Shown here: positions 20,401 through 32,758 of the stretch, in pieces
Position numbering within the stretch: the stretch's first letter is position 1
How the letters are laid out: each line of letters opens with the position of its first letter
Assembly (NCBI RefSeq): GCF_000372725.1
Contig: NW_005202428.1
Span: forward strand, 1,597,331 to 1,661,330
From: Emiliania huxleyi CCMP1516
Lineage: Eukaryota
Length of the DNA: 64,000 nt
Direction: 5' to 3'
The notes under the pieces: generated by a model
Databases searched by the model: none
What the model was told of the DNA's origin: nothing
The model's input: only the letters and a program-made list of their open reading frames with translations
Position numbers and translations under genes: made by a program

Positions 20401-23174
20401 CCTTCTTGCTCGCGCTGCTGGTCGTGCACATTGCTCGCGAGACGGTCATGCCGTTTGTGGGGATCGCCGTCAAGTGGTTGGTGATTGGGCGCTACCGCGC
20501 GGGCCGCTCGAGGCTGTGGGGCTCGTACTACCTTCGCTGGTGGTTCGTGAACCAGACCGTCCGCTTCTGCGGTCTCGGCCTCTTCGGCTTGAGCAACGGG
20601 CTGCGCGTGCGCTACCACCGTCTCCTCGGGGCCAAGATTGGCATCGACTGCACAATCGCCAACGACGCCGAAGTGACAGAGCACGACCTCGTCATAATCG
20701 GTGACGGCGTCGCCATCGACTCCAAGGCCACGGTCTCGCCCTTTTGCGTCGACGCCGGAGCTGCCATGCTCAGCGCCATCGAGATTGGCGACAACTGTGT
20801 CGTCGGCGCAAAGACGACCATCGCGCCCGGAGCGCGCCTTGCGGACGGCGTCTGCCTCGGCCCGCTCTCCTCGAGCCACGAGCAACAGGACTCGGACAGC
20901 AACAATCGCCGCTACTGCCGCGCTGCGTTCCCGCCGCCGTCCACCCGCCTCTGGCTCCTCGTCGGTCTGCCCACCCTCCTCTTTGTCAAGGTGGCCGCGC
21001 TCGCGCTCCCGCTCGCGACCATCTTTTATATGGTGCAGGACCGCGGCGAGGACCCAACAACATGGGGCGCAGCCATCGAGTGGTTCACCTCGCCGCGGCG
21101 GCTCACATTTTACGTGCTGCTGCGCGTGCAGCGCGCCGTCGTGCTGCCCTTCGTGGAGCTCTTTGCGATCATTCTGGTGAAGAGGATCGTAATCGGCCGC
21201 TTTGTCGCCGGCCCCCGGACACGATGGAGCCACCTCCAGTTTTGGCTTATGCGCGAGCTGCTGCCCGACGGCCGCCTGTGCGGCGTGCCAGCCCTCATCG
21301 GCAACCACTGGGGCGGCGTCGCGCTCCTCATGCGGCTGCTCGGCGCGAAGTGTGGCAAGCGGATCTTTTGGCCCGGGAGCGGCGTGGACGTTGTCGAGTA
21401 CGACCTGCTCACCATCGAGGACGATGTCGTCTTTGGCTCACGCTCGGTCATCGCCTGCTCGACCGCCGAGGTCAGCCGCCCCGTCGCCCTCTTGCGCGGC
21501 GCGAATGTGGCGGACCGCTGCTACGTGCTGCCGGGGGTGACGCTCGGCGTCAACGGCTGCCTCGGGTCGGGCTCGCTCGCGCCCGAGGGCGCGCAGCTCG
21601 GCGCGGGCTGCATCACGGTCGGGTCTGCTGGCAATGGGACAGAAGTTTTGGTTGAGGGTGGGCCGGGGCTACGCGCCAACGCGAGGACGACAAAGGCCTT
21701 TGGCCGCACTTTCTACGGGACGCGCAACGAGGCCAACATCGCGGCCGGCGCCATCGAGAACACCGCGGCGTGGTGCTGTGGTTCGTTCTTTGTGCGCCGG
21801 ACCGTCGTGCCGCTCTTCGCCGCATTCAACGTGCTGTGCATTGCGGCCGCGGCCGTCTACCGCGCGTTCAACATCGTCGCCGCCTGGCTGCTGCTTGAGC
21901 TGGTGTGGAAGCGCGATAGAGCGCTCGGCCTCGACCCAGCTGTGCTGTGGGCCCCGTCGCCGCCGCCGCCAATCTCGTCGCCGCCGCCGTCGTCGCCGCC
22001 GCCGCCAGCCTTCCCAGGCGACGAGGTCGAGCCTCTGCCGCCGGCAGAGTTTTACGGCGAGATTGAGGAAGTGGGCCGGTGGCTTGGCTTCTCAGAGTAC
22101 TGGGCCGCGCTCCTCGGCGTCTACATCGGCGTGCACCTGCTGATGGTGATGCTGGCGTACCTGTTGGAGGTGCTGGCAAAGTGGCTGCTGCTCGGACGGC
22201 GGCGCGCCGGCGTCTATCCGTGGGACAAGTCGTCCTACTGCATGCGGTGGAACATGTACCTCGCATCGACAGTCTTTCGGCGCGGGCTCCTACCCTACCT
22301 GCACGGCTCCGCCTACCTCGTCTGGCACTTCAAGGCGCTCGGCTGCTCGATCGGGAAGGACGTGTGCCTCTTCCCGACCGGCTCGGACCCGATGATGACT
22401 GAGCCGGACCTCGTGACCATCGGCGATGGAGCGTGCATCAACGCCGGCTTCATCATCTGCCACACGAACACGAAGGGCAACTTTGCGCTCTCCAAAATCA
22501 CGATTGGGCCCGGCGCGACGATGCGCGCGTGGTCGCGCCTCATGGCGGGCGGTGCGCTTGCGGAGGGTGCGCGGCTCCTCGAGCACACCTGCGCGCTCCC
22601 AGGCGACAACATCGAGCCCGGCGTCATCTGGCAGGGCTGGCCCGTCAAATCGATGTGCGCGACCACCGAGTTTTGGCGGGCGCGGCGCAACCAGATCAAG
22701 CTCGGCCGCAAGCAGTACCTCCGTCGCGTCGACTCTACGCGCGTGGCGCCCGTCATCATCGACGGCGGCGGCAAGGGAGCCCTCGCCCTGGAGCGGCTCG
22801 ACTCGCTTCAGGGCGAGAACCTGCGGCTCAAGAGCTCGATCGAAGCGGTCACCAGCCGCCTCGGGGCCACCCCCCCGATGAGCGAGGACAGCGCGCCCAT
22901 CTCTGAGCGGGGCACGCAGATCCAGGCGCTCGTGGAGCAAGTCGAGTGGCTGGTGCGCGAGATGCAGTCGCTGAGGGAGTGGCGCGACCGGGTGGCGTCG
23001 CCGCGTCTCGACCACGTGCCGCTAGTCTACGATGGCAAGGGGTCCGAGGGCAAGGATTCCGCCGAGAAGGGCGACGGTTCGCAACGCTGCAGCCCCGGGC
23101 GCCTTGGTTTTCGGCGGCACGCGCCGGCTCCACCCGAATCCCAGGGCAGCGACGGCGTTGACGACGCCGTGTAG
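17462..23174 (+). CDS. Membrane-bound single-module NRPS-like enzyme: adenylation, thiolation and Pls/PosA-like C-terminal region; ~1878 aa, exons 17462-17920 and 17997-23174
   Basis: A-domain motifs LHTSGSTGNKK, SYGMTE, FKTGDLG, GRSKEVINRGGE and LPKTATGK. Carrier motif DFFFSGGSSLL (~19685-19720). Three repeats of TM + KWL.IGRY..G..W + LGAKIG/CG beta-helix (IGDG, IEDDV). A GT-AG intron at 17921-17996 keeps the frame. Confidence 0.9.
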
Positions 23175-24199
23175 GGGTATGAGGTGATGAGAGACGGCAG
23201 GCGTGTGCGAATAGTGTGCGTGGTCGGACTTCTGTTTTATTGCGTGGGGCTTCTCTCCCACCACACAGACTCTCTATCTTTGAAGGTGTGTGTTTTGTAA
23301 AGCCGTCTTCTTTTTTCAGTTGAGAAAACCCGCCAGTTACGAGTAGTGTTGTTAGCAGATCACAAGAGGTTGAGCGGAAGATTGGCGCGAATTGCGGAGA
23401 CCGCCACAGTCCAAGATCGCCAAGCAAGAAGAGAAATAAATGAATAGATACGTCCCGAAAGAAAGTAAGAAATCACAGAACGCAGTCCATCATGAGGCAC
23501 TTGGAGCACTTGGAGTGCAGTCAGTAACCTCACATCCAGGGCCGGGGAAGTGCGCGCGGATGGGCAGGTGGTTGGGGACGGTCTTGGAGAAGAATCGGGC
23601 GCTGAGGCTGCGGCCTGAGCGCGGGTGGCGCGCTGCGCTCGACGTGTGCCTCCGCTCGGCCACCCTCGCTCGGATGGCTGCCTCATCGGTGCCGAGGATC
23701 GCGAGCAGGTCTCGGTGGGCTGCGGCGAGTGCGGTGAGCCGCTCGTCGGGAGGGCGGACCAGCGACCGTGGAGAGGACGACGAGGAAGAGGTGGGCTCAG
23801 GAGGCTGATGCGCTGCGTGCGAGACCACTGTTGGCGGAGTGTGTAGGCTTGGGAGCGCGAAGACAGTAGGGAGCATGTATGCTCGAGGAGGCGCACTGGC
23901 GTACTGGCCCGGCTTCTTAAGGGCTACGGCGACCGCCCGCGCCGGAGGGTGGTGGTACCAGCGATCCTCCCAACGCGAGAGAGCCTGCTACAGCTGGCCT
24001 GCGCCGGCGGCGCTTCCTAGAAAAGAAATGTGCGGCAAAAAGAAATGTAACCTTTTCTCCCTCGTTTTTTCATCGTCTCTCTATTTTGCTGATGCATCCG
24101 TGTATTCGCCCATACCAAACGTAAAGACGTAACGTATGTTTCCCGGGCATGTGTGGGAATTTGCCGACCGGAGCGCGGCGCGGCTGGCGGCACATGTGG

Positions 24200-27100
24200 G
24201 CTAGCGGCCAGTCTACAATGGCCTCACATCGACCGCTGTCGTGTGATGGTTGCGGCGATCCGCTGCTGCCGCATCTCCGCCGAAGGCACGCGCGAGAGGG
24301 GCTCGGCGCCTGTTCACGGCGGGACACGTGTGAAGAGCCCGTGCTCGACGTCGCCTCGGACGCCGGTGGCGCCGCCTAGCGCGCCGGGTGTCGTCAGCCG
24401 CCGCGAAGGCGGCGACGGCACACGCGGCGAGCCTATCAAGGAACAAACACCCGAGATCACCCGAGATTGCTAACCCGCGACGGCGGCGACAGCACGACGG
24501 CGGGCCTGGCGCGACGACTGGCGCTACGCCCCCGAAGCGAGCCCCGAAGGCGGGGGCAGCGGGCTCTTCGCGGGCGAGCGGCGAGGCGGCGGGCGGCGAG
24601 GCGGCGGGCGGCGCGAGGCTCTTCGCGCGCTTCGCGGGGCCGTCCCTCTCCTCTCCGCCGCTGCCTTGTAGGCGCACGGAGGCGGTCCTGCACAAGACAG
24701 GACAGGTGAGGAGGGGAGAGGGGAGGGGAGAGGGGAGGGGAGGGGAGGGGGGAGGGGAGGGGAGATGGGAGGGGACGGGGGGGGGAGGGGGGAGAATAGA
24801 GGCGGTCCTGGCCAGCGTCGGCGGCGCGGAGGTTGAGGGTGGGGCCTATTAATCAAGATTAGCCGAGATTGCCCGAGTGTTGCTCCGGGTCGGCGGAGCA
24901 GGAGGGAGGGAGAGGCCGCGAGCGGGGAGGAGAGGGTGGGACCGAGGTGGAGCAGCCTATTGATCGACGAGTTCCCGACATGGGCGCGAAGTTGTCAAGG
25001 GGAGGAGAGGGGAGGCCCGGATTGGAGCGGCTTGAGAGAGCGGTACGCGGCGGCGAAGGCGCGGTCTCCCTCCGCCATCCGCTCGCACCTACTCACGGCG
25101 GCCTGCGTGTGCAGAGGTGCCCCGCAGCCGTCGCTTACCCACCTCTGCTCGCACAGAGAAAAGCTGTTCGAGCGGCTGAGCGTCGGCAGCACCGCAAGCC
25201 GCTCGAGCCTAACGTGATGAGCACACGAGCGTCAGGGCGGGAGTAACGGTCTCGTGGGAGTACGGTCTCGTGCCGCGTAGTGTCGTGTCCCGAGCACCGC
25301 GGCAGGGGCTACGAGGACGGTGCGTGCAGCCGAGCACAGCTCAGGAAGACATCTGGCAGGGGGGCGCTGCTCGGGGCACGCGGGTGTATACACGCGGGTG
25401 TATCTTCCGCATCTTGCCGCTCGAGAGATGGGGGAGGTATGGGGAGATACGGGGAGATCTTCCGCTTCTAGCACCTCGCGCCGCCCCGCAACCGCGTCGG
25501 CGTCGCCCGAGGCGCGCCTGCAGGTGACCTCGGCGGAGCTCAGGTGCACCTCGGGTACTGTGCTCTAGGGGTACTCTAGGGGTACTCTTGGCCGAGGTGG
25601 GCCGGAAGGGGGAGAAATGGCGCCGCGTAGTAACCTCGGGCGATCTCGGGGCGATCTCGGGCGATCTCGGGCGATCTCGGGCGATCTCGGGCGATGATCG
25701 CCGGAATGGTGCGAAGTGCGGCGTCGCGGCCGCCAGGGTCGCGCTCACGCGAGCTCCCACCTCTGCCGCCCTCGCCTTGAGCGCCTGCTCGAGCGAGCCT
25801 CCGCCCAGCCGGATGCAGTCCACCCTCGGAAGCTCCCGCCCCTTGACGTGCTGGCAGATGAGAGTCGCGATCTGCGTCGGCACGTCCGACGCCGCCTGGC
25901 AAGGCGCAGGGGCAGGTGCAAGTGGGAGGGGATCAGCCTCGGCTCGTCAGCTCTGCTCGTGCCGCCTGGCCGGTGCCGCTGTAGCGGAAGACGAAGCCGC
26001 GCCGCGGGGCGCCGTCGGCGCGCGAGCTCTCGGCCTCCATTTGCAGCGCCAGCGCGGTGAGGAAAGTGTCGCAGCCGCGCACTGCGTTGCCGACGGCGCA
26101 CCAGACGGCAAAGACCTGAGACATCGACGATGAGGACCAGTAATACTCACCGGACGGCGAGCCGCCTCCCCGTCCTCTCGTTGAGTCTCGGTAACCAGTG
26201 CCCCCCTTCGACAGGCTGGCCAGCTAGAGAGGCTCTCTGGCTCGGAGGGCGGAGGGCCTGCTCGTCGAGCAGCTCGCCTAAGAGAACAATGATAAGAGAC
26301 TCATCGTTGCTGATAGAAGAACTGCCTGCTCGTCGAGCAGCTCGCCTAAGAGAACAATGATAGGAGAATCATCGTTGCTGATAGAAGAACTGCCTGCTCG
26401 TCGAGCAGCTTCGCCTAAAGAGAGAGAGGCGAGAGAGCTGTACAGCAGGGAGGCCTGTCAGGACAGGGCCTGCTCGCTAAGCAGCTCGCCCAGTGTCGAG
26501 AGAGCGTTGACTCCCTGCCACTGCCCCCGGCCGGCCGCATTCTTGGGGGCGTAGGCGCACTCGTACACCGACGGAGGGTACTTGCCGCCCTCCGCAGGCA
26601 TGTGCGCGCTCCCCGCCGGGTAGGCGTCGTAAGGGGCGCCGCTTGTGGTCAGGAGCCCGGCTGGCGCGTCCGTGAGGCCTGCTCCTCACCACTCCCCGAG
26701 ATTATCCGAGATCAGCCGAGGGGACGAGGCGCCGTCTGGCGAGTCCGTGAGGCCGTGGTGCGCGTCGTCGGCGACGAAGATGGCGAACTGCGGGTGGTCG
26801 CCTATCAACTCACCACCTATTGATGAGCAAGCACGTAACCGTTAATCAGCAGATGGCGAACTGCGGGTGGTCGCCTATCAACTCACCACCTATTGATGAG
26901 CAAGCACGTAACCGTTAATCAGCAGATGGCGAACTGCGGGTGGTCGCCCAGCCGCTCGCGCTGCGAACGCATGAGGTCTCTCATCGCGGCGATGCCGACG
27001 CCGTACTCCTCCGGCGCGTCGCCGCCGCCTAAGGCAAAGGTGGATTGTGGGTCGCGGGCGGGTCGCCTTGGCGAGAGAGGGGGCGGCGGCGGTGAGAGCG

Positions 27101-27624
27101 GCGATGGATGACGGAGAGAGGAGGCGAGGGGTGGCGAGAGGCGGTGAGGAAGCCCAACCCTGGCAGTCGGACGCCATCGCGTCGAGGGTGCGGAGGAGGT
27201 GCTCGTCCTGCCCGGCGGCGCCCGTGTACGCCATCGGCAGAATTGCCCCCGCACGGATAGACGCCTTCTCCTCCGTGTACACCCTGAAGACGTGCGCGGC
27301 GTCGCACCAATCTCGCATCGCCGCCATCACGATGTGGACGACGAGGCCGTCATCCCCGGCCGCCTTCATGCCCTGCACGATGGCAAAGATGGCCTTCGCA
27401 ACGCTCTTCAGCCGGTTGACGTGCGAGGCCAGTGAGGCTGTGGCGTCCGAAAAGATGCCAATCGTGATGTGCCTCGATGGCCGTGGCGCGGTTTCCTTCG
27501 GATCGCCCGGTGCTTCAGCCGGCGGTCCGGGGAATTTAGCTGGCGAATTGCCTGGTGCTTCGACCGATGGTCCGGGTGCCTGCGACTCGGTGCCCGAGGC
27601 GACCTCCACCCAATCGTCGTCCAT
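24200..27624 (-). CDS. von Willebrand factor A domain protein, multi-exon; 3' limit approximate
   Basis: IGIFSDATAS (MIDAS-like), AMRDWCD, GGGDAPEEYG and FAIFVADDAHHG are typical of vwkA/hemicentin-type vWA domains. Confidence 0.65.
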
Positions 27625-28810
27625 TATTGCTTGAGATCACAGTCGGCGGGCCGCTTCGGCGGTAGCATCCGCCAAATTCTTTTTTCTTTTTTCAACCCAC
27701 GCAGGGCCCCGAAATCTGACAGTTTATACCAAGAGCGGCCGCTAGTCACAGGTGCTCGTGCCGACACAGCGAGGGGGAGGGCCGCCGCACCCCCCCCTCG
27801 AGTATTTGTAGTGTCTTGCGCTGCACGGGGTGTACCTACATCGAGAGAGAGAGAGAGAGAGAACCCCCTTCCTTCTCTCCCAGTAAGCTAAAAGTACGTA
27901 CATCGAAACGACGACTCCGTTTCGCGGCTAGAGACGGAAGTTCTTTTCCTTTATTGACGAATTAAAAATGAAGCAAAAATGTTGGGGGCCTTCCGGGCTT
28001 TTTCGCATGAGGGCCACCTCTCGCACTGGCGACTACATGTATCCCTCTCGGACCGTCGTGCGCGTCGACCGGTCGCGCGCGCACACGCTCGCGCCTTGCT
28101 CCTCGCTCACGCTTACGCCTTCAGCTGCTGGCCCTCTGCATACACCTCACCGTCCCCACCCTGCGCGCTGCGGCGGTCGCGCCACGCTGATCACGTCTCA
28201 CTCTCAGAAAGCACCGCTGCGCAGACCCAGAAAGACACGGCGAGGGTGACCGCCAGCGCCGCCAGCACCTGGTTATGGGCGTCGAGCTCGACGCCGAGGT
28301 GGAAGGCACGAGGTGGAAGGCACGCACTGAGCAGGAAGACTCCAACGCGTGTACATTCAATCAATCCGCTGACGGCGCCGCACCACGCACTGCCTTGCAT
28401 CATCGCGAGAGCGTTGGCAACGAGCCGCATCTCGGCCTATCCACGCGAGGCGGCGCTCAGCAGACGCCCTTTTTGTGTCACACACAGCACCGGGCCGTCG
28501 CCTCGGCCCGCTCTGAGGCGGCGGGGCTCGCCTCATCGCGGAGGGCAAGGAAGGCAATGGACGCGGCGGTCGTGCAGAAGGCCAGCGCGACCTTGTCGAA
28601 GAAGCTCTCGTCGGACGCGGGATATACGGCCTGAGGCGAACGAGGGCGAGGTCAACGTGTGCACGCTTGTGAGGGGCAGGGCCAGGGTGTGATTATGCCT
28701 TCGCCGCGTCGAACCAGGCCCATGCTGAGAAGCGCCTCCAGCGGGCCGGATGATCTGCGAGGCGAATTCTTTGTCGTGTGTGTCGGCACTCATCTCGCTG
28801 CGCGCTCGAC

Positions 28811-29335
28811 ATGCTGGCGCTGTGCTCGACTGCGGTCGCCCTGTTGATTCCAAGCGTGCCGCTGTGGTCGCCGCCAGGCTCTGCCATCGCCACGCCTGGC
28901 TCCAGCATCGGCAGGGTGAGCGTCCAGGCAGCAGACTCGAGCATCTTTCCCAGCACGATGATCGCAGAGTCGGCCGCCAAGGCCAAGATCGAGGCGGCGA
29001 AGGCGGCCACCGCCGCAAAGCTGGCCGAGAGCGGCACAAAGTCGCCCGAGCTCGCCGCCAAGGAGGTCAAGATTGACGTGCCGATGGGCGGATCGAAGGA
29101 CAAGGACTTCGACGCCGAGGCAATGAAGATCCGCGAGCAGTGGATGGCGATTCGCGACAATGCGCCGGGAGGGACGCTGAGCAAGTCAAAGAGCGCCCAG
29201 GTCGCCCAGCTCAAGATCATGGAGCAGCAGGCGCGCGGCAAGGCACAGGCAGCCAAGGCGAGGGCGGCGGAGCAGGCCGCCGCCGCGGCAGACCGCTCTG
29301 GCCCGCTGGGGGATTTCAAGCTCCCGTTCTCGTGA
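28811..29335 (+). CDS. Small hypothetical protein with an N-terminal targeting peptide
   Basis: Intronless ORF starting MLALCSTAVALLIP, with an Ala/Lys-rich helical body. Confidence 0.6.
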   Translation: MLALCSTAVALLIPSVPLWSPPGSAIATPGSSIGRVSVQAADSSIFPSTMIAESAAKAKIEAAKAATAAKLAESGTKSPELAAKEVKIDVPMGGSKDKDFDAEAMKIREQWMAIRDNAPGGTLSKSKSAQVAQLKIMEQQARGKAQAAKARAAEQAAAAADRSGPLGDFKLPFS

Positions 29336-29624
29336 GGGGGCTGCAGCGCGGGGGAGATGAACGGGAGGTCGTCGGCAGCGGCAGCACTCTCGCCTGACGG
29401 ATGCTACTTCGTTCACACGCGTGTATCTAGCGAATGTCGACCGGGCCCCGCGGCTATACACATCGCCCCCGGGCATCGGCATGTGACACGCGGTATAGAT
29501 CGGTTCGGTGTCGGTTGTTCCTTCTTACTAGAAACTACGGCGCGGCCGCGCTTGTCGTGTGCGTGTTGATGTGCCGCGGCTTTTTGAGGAATGCATGTGC
29601 GCTGGCCGCTGCTCACTTCTGCGA

Positions 29625-29723
29625 GACGGTGTATCATTCACACTTTATATGCCACCGTTGCATCATTCACTTTATGCCACCGTTGCATATGCAACGGTGG
29701 CATAAAGTGAATGATACACCGTC
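29625..29723. repeat. Perfect 54-bp palindrome (29662-29715) with an extra degenerate left arm
   Basis: ATCATTCACTTTATGCCACCGTTGCAT|ATGCAACGGTGGCATAAAGTGAATGAT. Confidence 0.9.
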
Positions 29724-31302
29724 GCAACTTCTCATTTGTTATCGCTCTCTGACACACGAGCGCCTCACGTTCTGAGTCTCCGGACTCTCTCCGCACGACT
29801 CGGACTGACAGACGACTGAGACGCCGGCACGATTCATCGATCTGGTCGTTGCTCCTCGGTGCAGTGGCAATATTGCTTCTCGAGACCTCCGTCGCCGCCG
29901 CGAGATGAGTTTCTCTAAAACAGTGGCCAGGGGCGGGGCTTGCATTTTTGCCGTCGCCTGTCGCCGCTACAGCGCAGCACACCTATTCTTCTCAGAGAGA
30001 GTTTGAGCAATAGCCCTTCTCTTAGTCTTTTCTCGCGTTTTCCTCCGTTTTCTTTCGCCGTCACAGGTTTCGAAGTAACTTGAAGCCCGAACCGTGTTAT
30101 TTCCTCGAGCGCCGGATAAGCGATTCACACGAGGGCCGTCACAACGTGTTTCTCGGCTCGCCCTCGCCCGGCCCGGCGCTATGCCGGCGCGTTCGCTAGA
30201 GGCTGCTGCCGCAGAGCGGAGGCGCGTGCGTCGCCTCGCTACTCTCGCGGCGAAGCAGCTGCCGCCGTCGAGAAGCGACGCGGCGTCTGCCGAGGAGAGA
30301 GAGCCAGCGCGGCGGTCGCCGACGCCGCCTTCGAGCTGTGTGCCACTTCTCGGGTGCACGACAGCTCTGCGCGGCAGCAGCATCAGCAGCCGCCGCACCG
30401 CCACCCGCCTCGCGCCTGTCGCGGCCGGAAGGGAGCACGCCGTCGCTGCCGTGGTACCGAGGGCCGGAGCCCGACTCTCGTACAGTCGAGCGGCTCCGAG
30501 GCGAAGCGCTGACACACACAGGGCATGCCGCGCAAGGAGAGCGCGCCTCGAGGCCGGCAAGTGCGCGTACGTGCCGCGCGGTCTTGGTGGCGCGATTCAT
30601 GACGGTCGCTCTCGCTGCCGGCCGATGAACCCTCGCCGCCCCCGCACCAGCGACACCGGCCGCGGCTCGCCTCCACGCGCCGGCTCGGAAGAGGGGCTGT
30701 CGGCGGCGCAGCAGAGCGGCTCGCCTCGGCGCTCGAGCCGCCGACAGCCCCACTCCTCGACGTGACGGCCGCTCCCGGAGCCAGCCGGTGCGCGCCCGAC
30801 CCACGCCCCCTCTCGCACCCCTCCGACCCCCCCTGCGCGGCGCACCCGCCCGCTGTGCGCCGGCTCGAGCGCCTATCGCCAAATCGCGACGTTTGAGCGC
30901 AGCGCACGCGTCCCACACGTCACGCGCGCGCAGGAGAGCGTGCGGCACAGCAGTAGCGTGTACTCGCCGAGGGCATCGCGCCGAAAACCCCGCGCATTCC
31001 GCCCCAGCAGAGGCTGCAGCCTCTGCACAAGCTACACCACTGTAAGAACGGTGAGTACTTGGGGTTGAGTGGGCTTGCTTGCTCCCTTAGCCGGGAGCAA
31101 AAATGCAAGAAGAACACAAGATCCCCAGAGACGTCCAGAGGGAGAGGCAGCGTTTCGGCCCACAGACACACAACCGACCCCTACCACGTCGACGAGGCGC
31201 GGGCCGCCCACTATGCCAAATCGGCCGGAAGGTGCGCAAGACGCCGGCAGGCCCCAGCGCAAGACGCCCAACCCTGCAGGTGTTGCCGCACGCAGCCACG
31301 CC

Positions 31303-32547
31303 TCAAAAGACGATGCCGCCGTTGCCTGCGTCGAGCAGCTCGAGCGGTCCCTTGCCGGTGATGTACGCGTGCGTGAGCATGCCGATGGCGCCAAACATGG
31401 CGAGCCGGCCGTTGTTGAGCTGCCGGACAGCGGCGGGCGGTGTGTGTGTGTGTGTGTGTTTGTCTGTGTGGGAGGGGGTCGCTGTGCCCCGTGCTTATTA
31501 GGGTNNNNNNNNNNNNNNNNNNNNNNNNNNNNNNNNNNNNNNNNNNNNNNNNNNNNNNNNNNNNNNNNNNNNNNNNNNNNNNNNNNNNNNNNNNNNNNNN
31601 NNNNNNNNNNNNNNNNNNNNNNNNNNNNNNNNNNNNNNNNNNNNNNNNNNNNNNNNNNNNNNNNNNNNNNNNNNNNNNNNNNNNNNNNNNNNNNNNNNNN
31701 NNNNNNNNNNNNNNNNNNNNNNNNNNNNNNNNNATGAGCTACGGAAGTGTCAAACTTCCCCTCGTCTTTTTGCCGCGGCCGGACTAAGGGTGGGGGGCGA
31801 AACGTCGCGGAGCTCCGTGGGCGCGCACGCACGCCGGGGCGCCCAGAGCGGTGGTGCCAGCGGCGTGGCGAGAGGGGCGCGGGCGGGGGCGGCGGCTGCG
31901 CGGGTTCGGTTGGGCGGCGGCGGGAGGGCGGCGAGGGCGGGGGCGGCGAGAGCGAGGAGGACGGCTGCGCGGGCGGTGGCGGCGAGGGCGGCGGCGACGG
32001 AGGCGGCGCGGCTGGAGGTGGGGGCGATATCGGCGGCATGCTGGACGGCGCGCCTGCGTGATTGCGAGGAGCGGGTTGCTCGAGAGCTTGCCGCCGAAGA
32101 GGGGGTGGAACTTGTCGGCGGTGATCATGCCGGCGCACGCGAGCATGGCGACTCGGCCGTGCTTCAGCTCCGCCTCGCGGAACCTACGCGAGCACACGCC
32201 GCCTCCTTCCCTCCCGGCTCGCCGCAAAGGGAGCGGCGGCCCGGCTCCGGCGATGCTGCGGGGCGGCGGCGCAGAGCGGCGGCGCACTTGGCCATCGTCT
32301 CGGGCGACGCGTCCTTGGAGAAGCCGAGCGGGTCAAAGTAGCCCAGCGGCTTGCAGTCGCCCACCATCCCGTTGACCTTAAGTTGGGCGGAGAGCGGCTG
32401 CAGCTGCGGAGCGCGCAGGGCGGCGCCGCTCTGGACGAGCGCCAGCGGCCTGCGCGGAGGGCAAGAGAGGCGAGCGTCAGCGCTCGCGAGTCGGTGCGCA
32501 CGGCCGGCAGGGAGGGAGACGGACAGGGAGGAAGCGGCGGCGAGCAT
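31303..32547 (-). CDS. Light-harvesting chlorophyll a/c-binding protein (Lhcx/LI818-like); middle part falls in a gap
   Basis: PLGYFDPLGFS and FREAELKHGRVAMLA...FHPLFGG. Last exon 31419-31303 reads LNNGRLAMFGAIGML...GKGPLE*. Confidence 0.9.
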
Positions 32548-32758
32548 CTCTTCGGTGAGTGCAGCTCGGAGCAATTCACTTCCGTGAGAAGAAATACCGG
32601 ATTTTGTTCCGGCATCCCGCAACGCCGCTGCCAGCGAGCGTGCTCACGAGGACATGTCACATGTGCATGCACATGTGCAATGTGCATGCACATGTGCATG
32701 CACATGTGCATGCACATGTCATGGAGAATAAATTCTTTTCCTGCGACATGTCATTTGA

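Noticed and set aside
18269..23015. Long antisense and off-frame ORFs over the NRPS-like gene (e.g. 532 aa at 19710-21308)
   Set aside because: Shadow ORFs caused by high-GC codon bias; no motifs.
26778..26948. Three 25-bp repeats with regular spacing, superficially CRISPR-like
   Set aside because: The spacers are identical, the repeats encode exon sequence, the context is eukaryotic and no cas genes are present.
30094..30948. Overlapping 220-250-aa ORFs
   Set aside because: Arg/Ala-rich with no recognisable family; could not choose a strand or frame.
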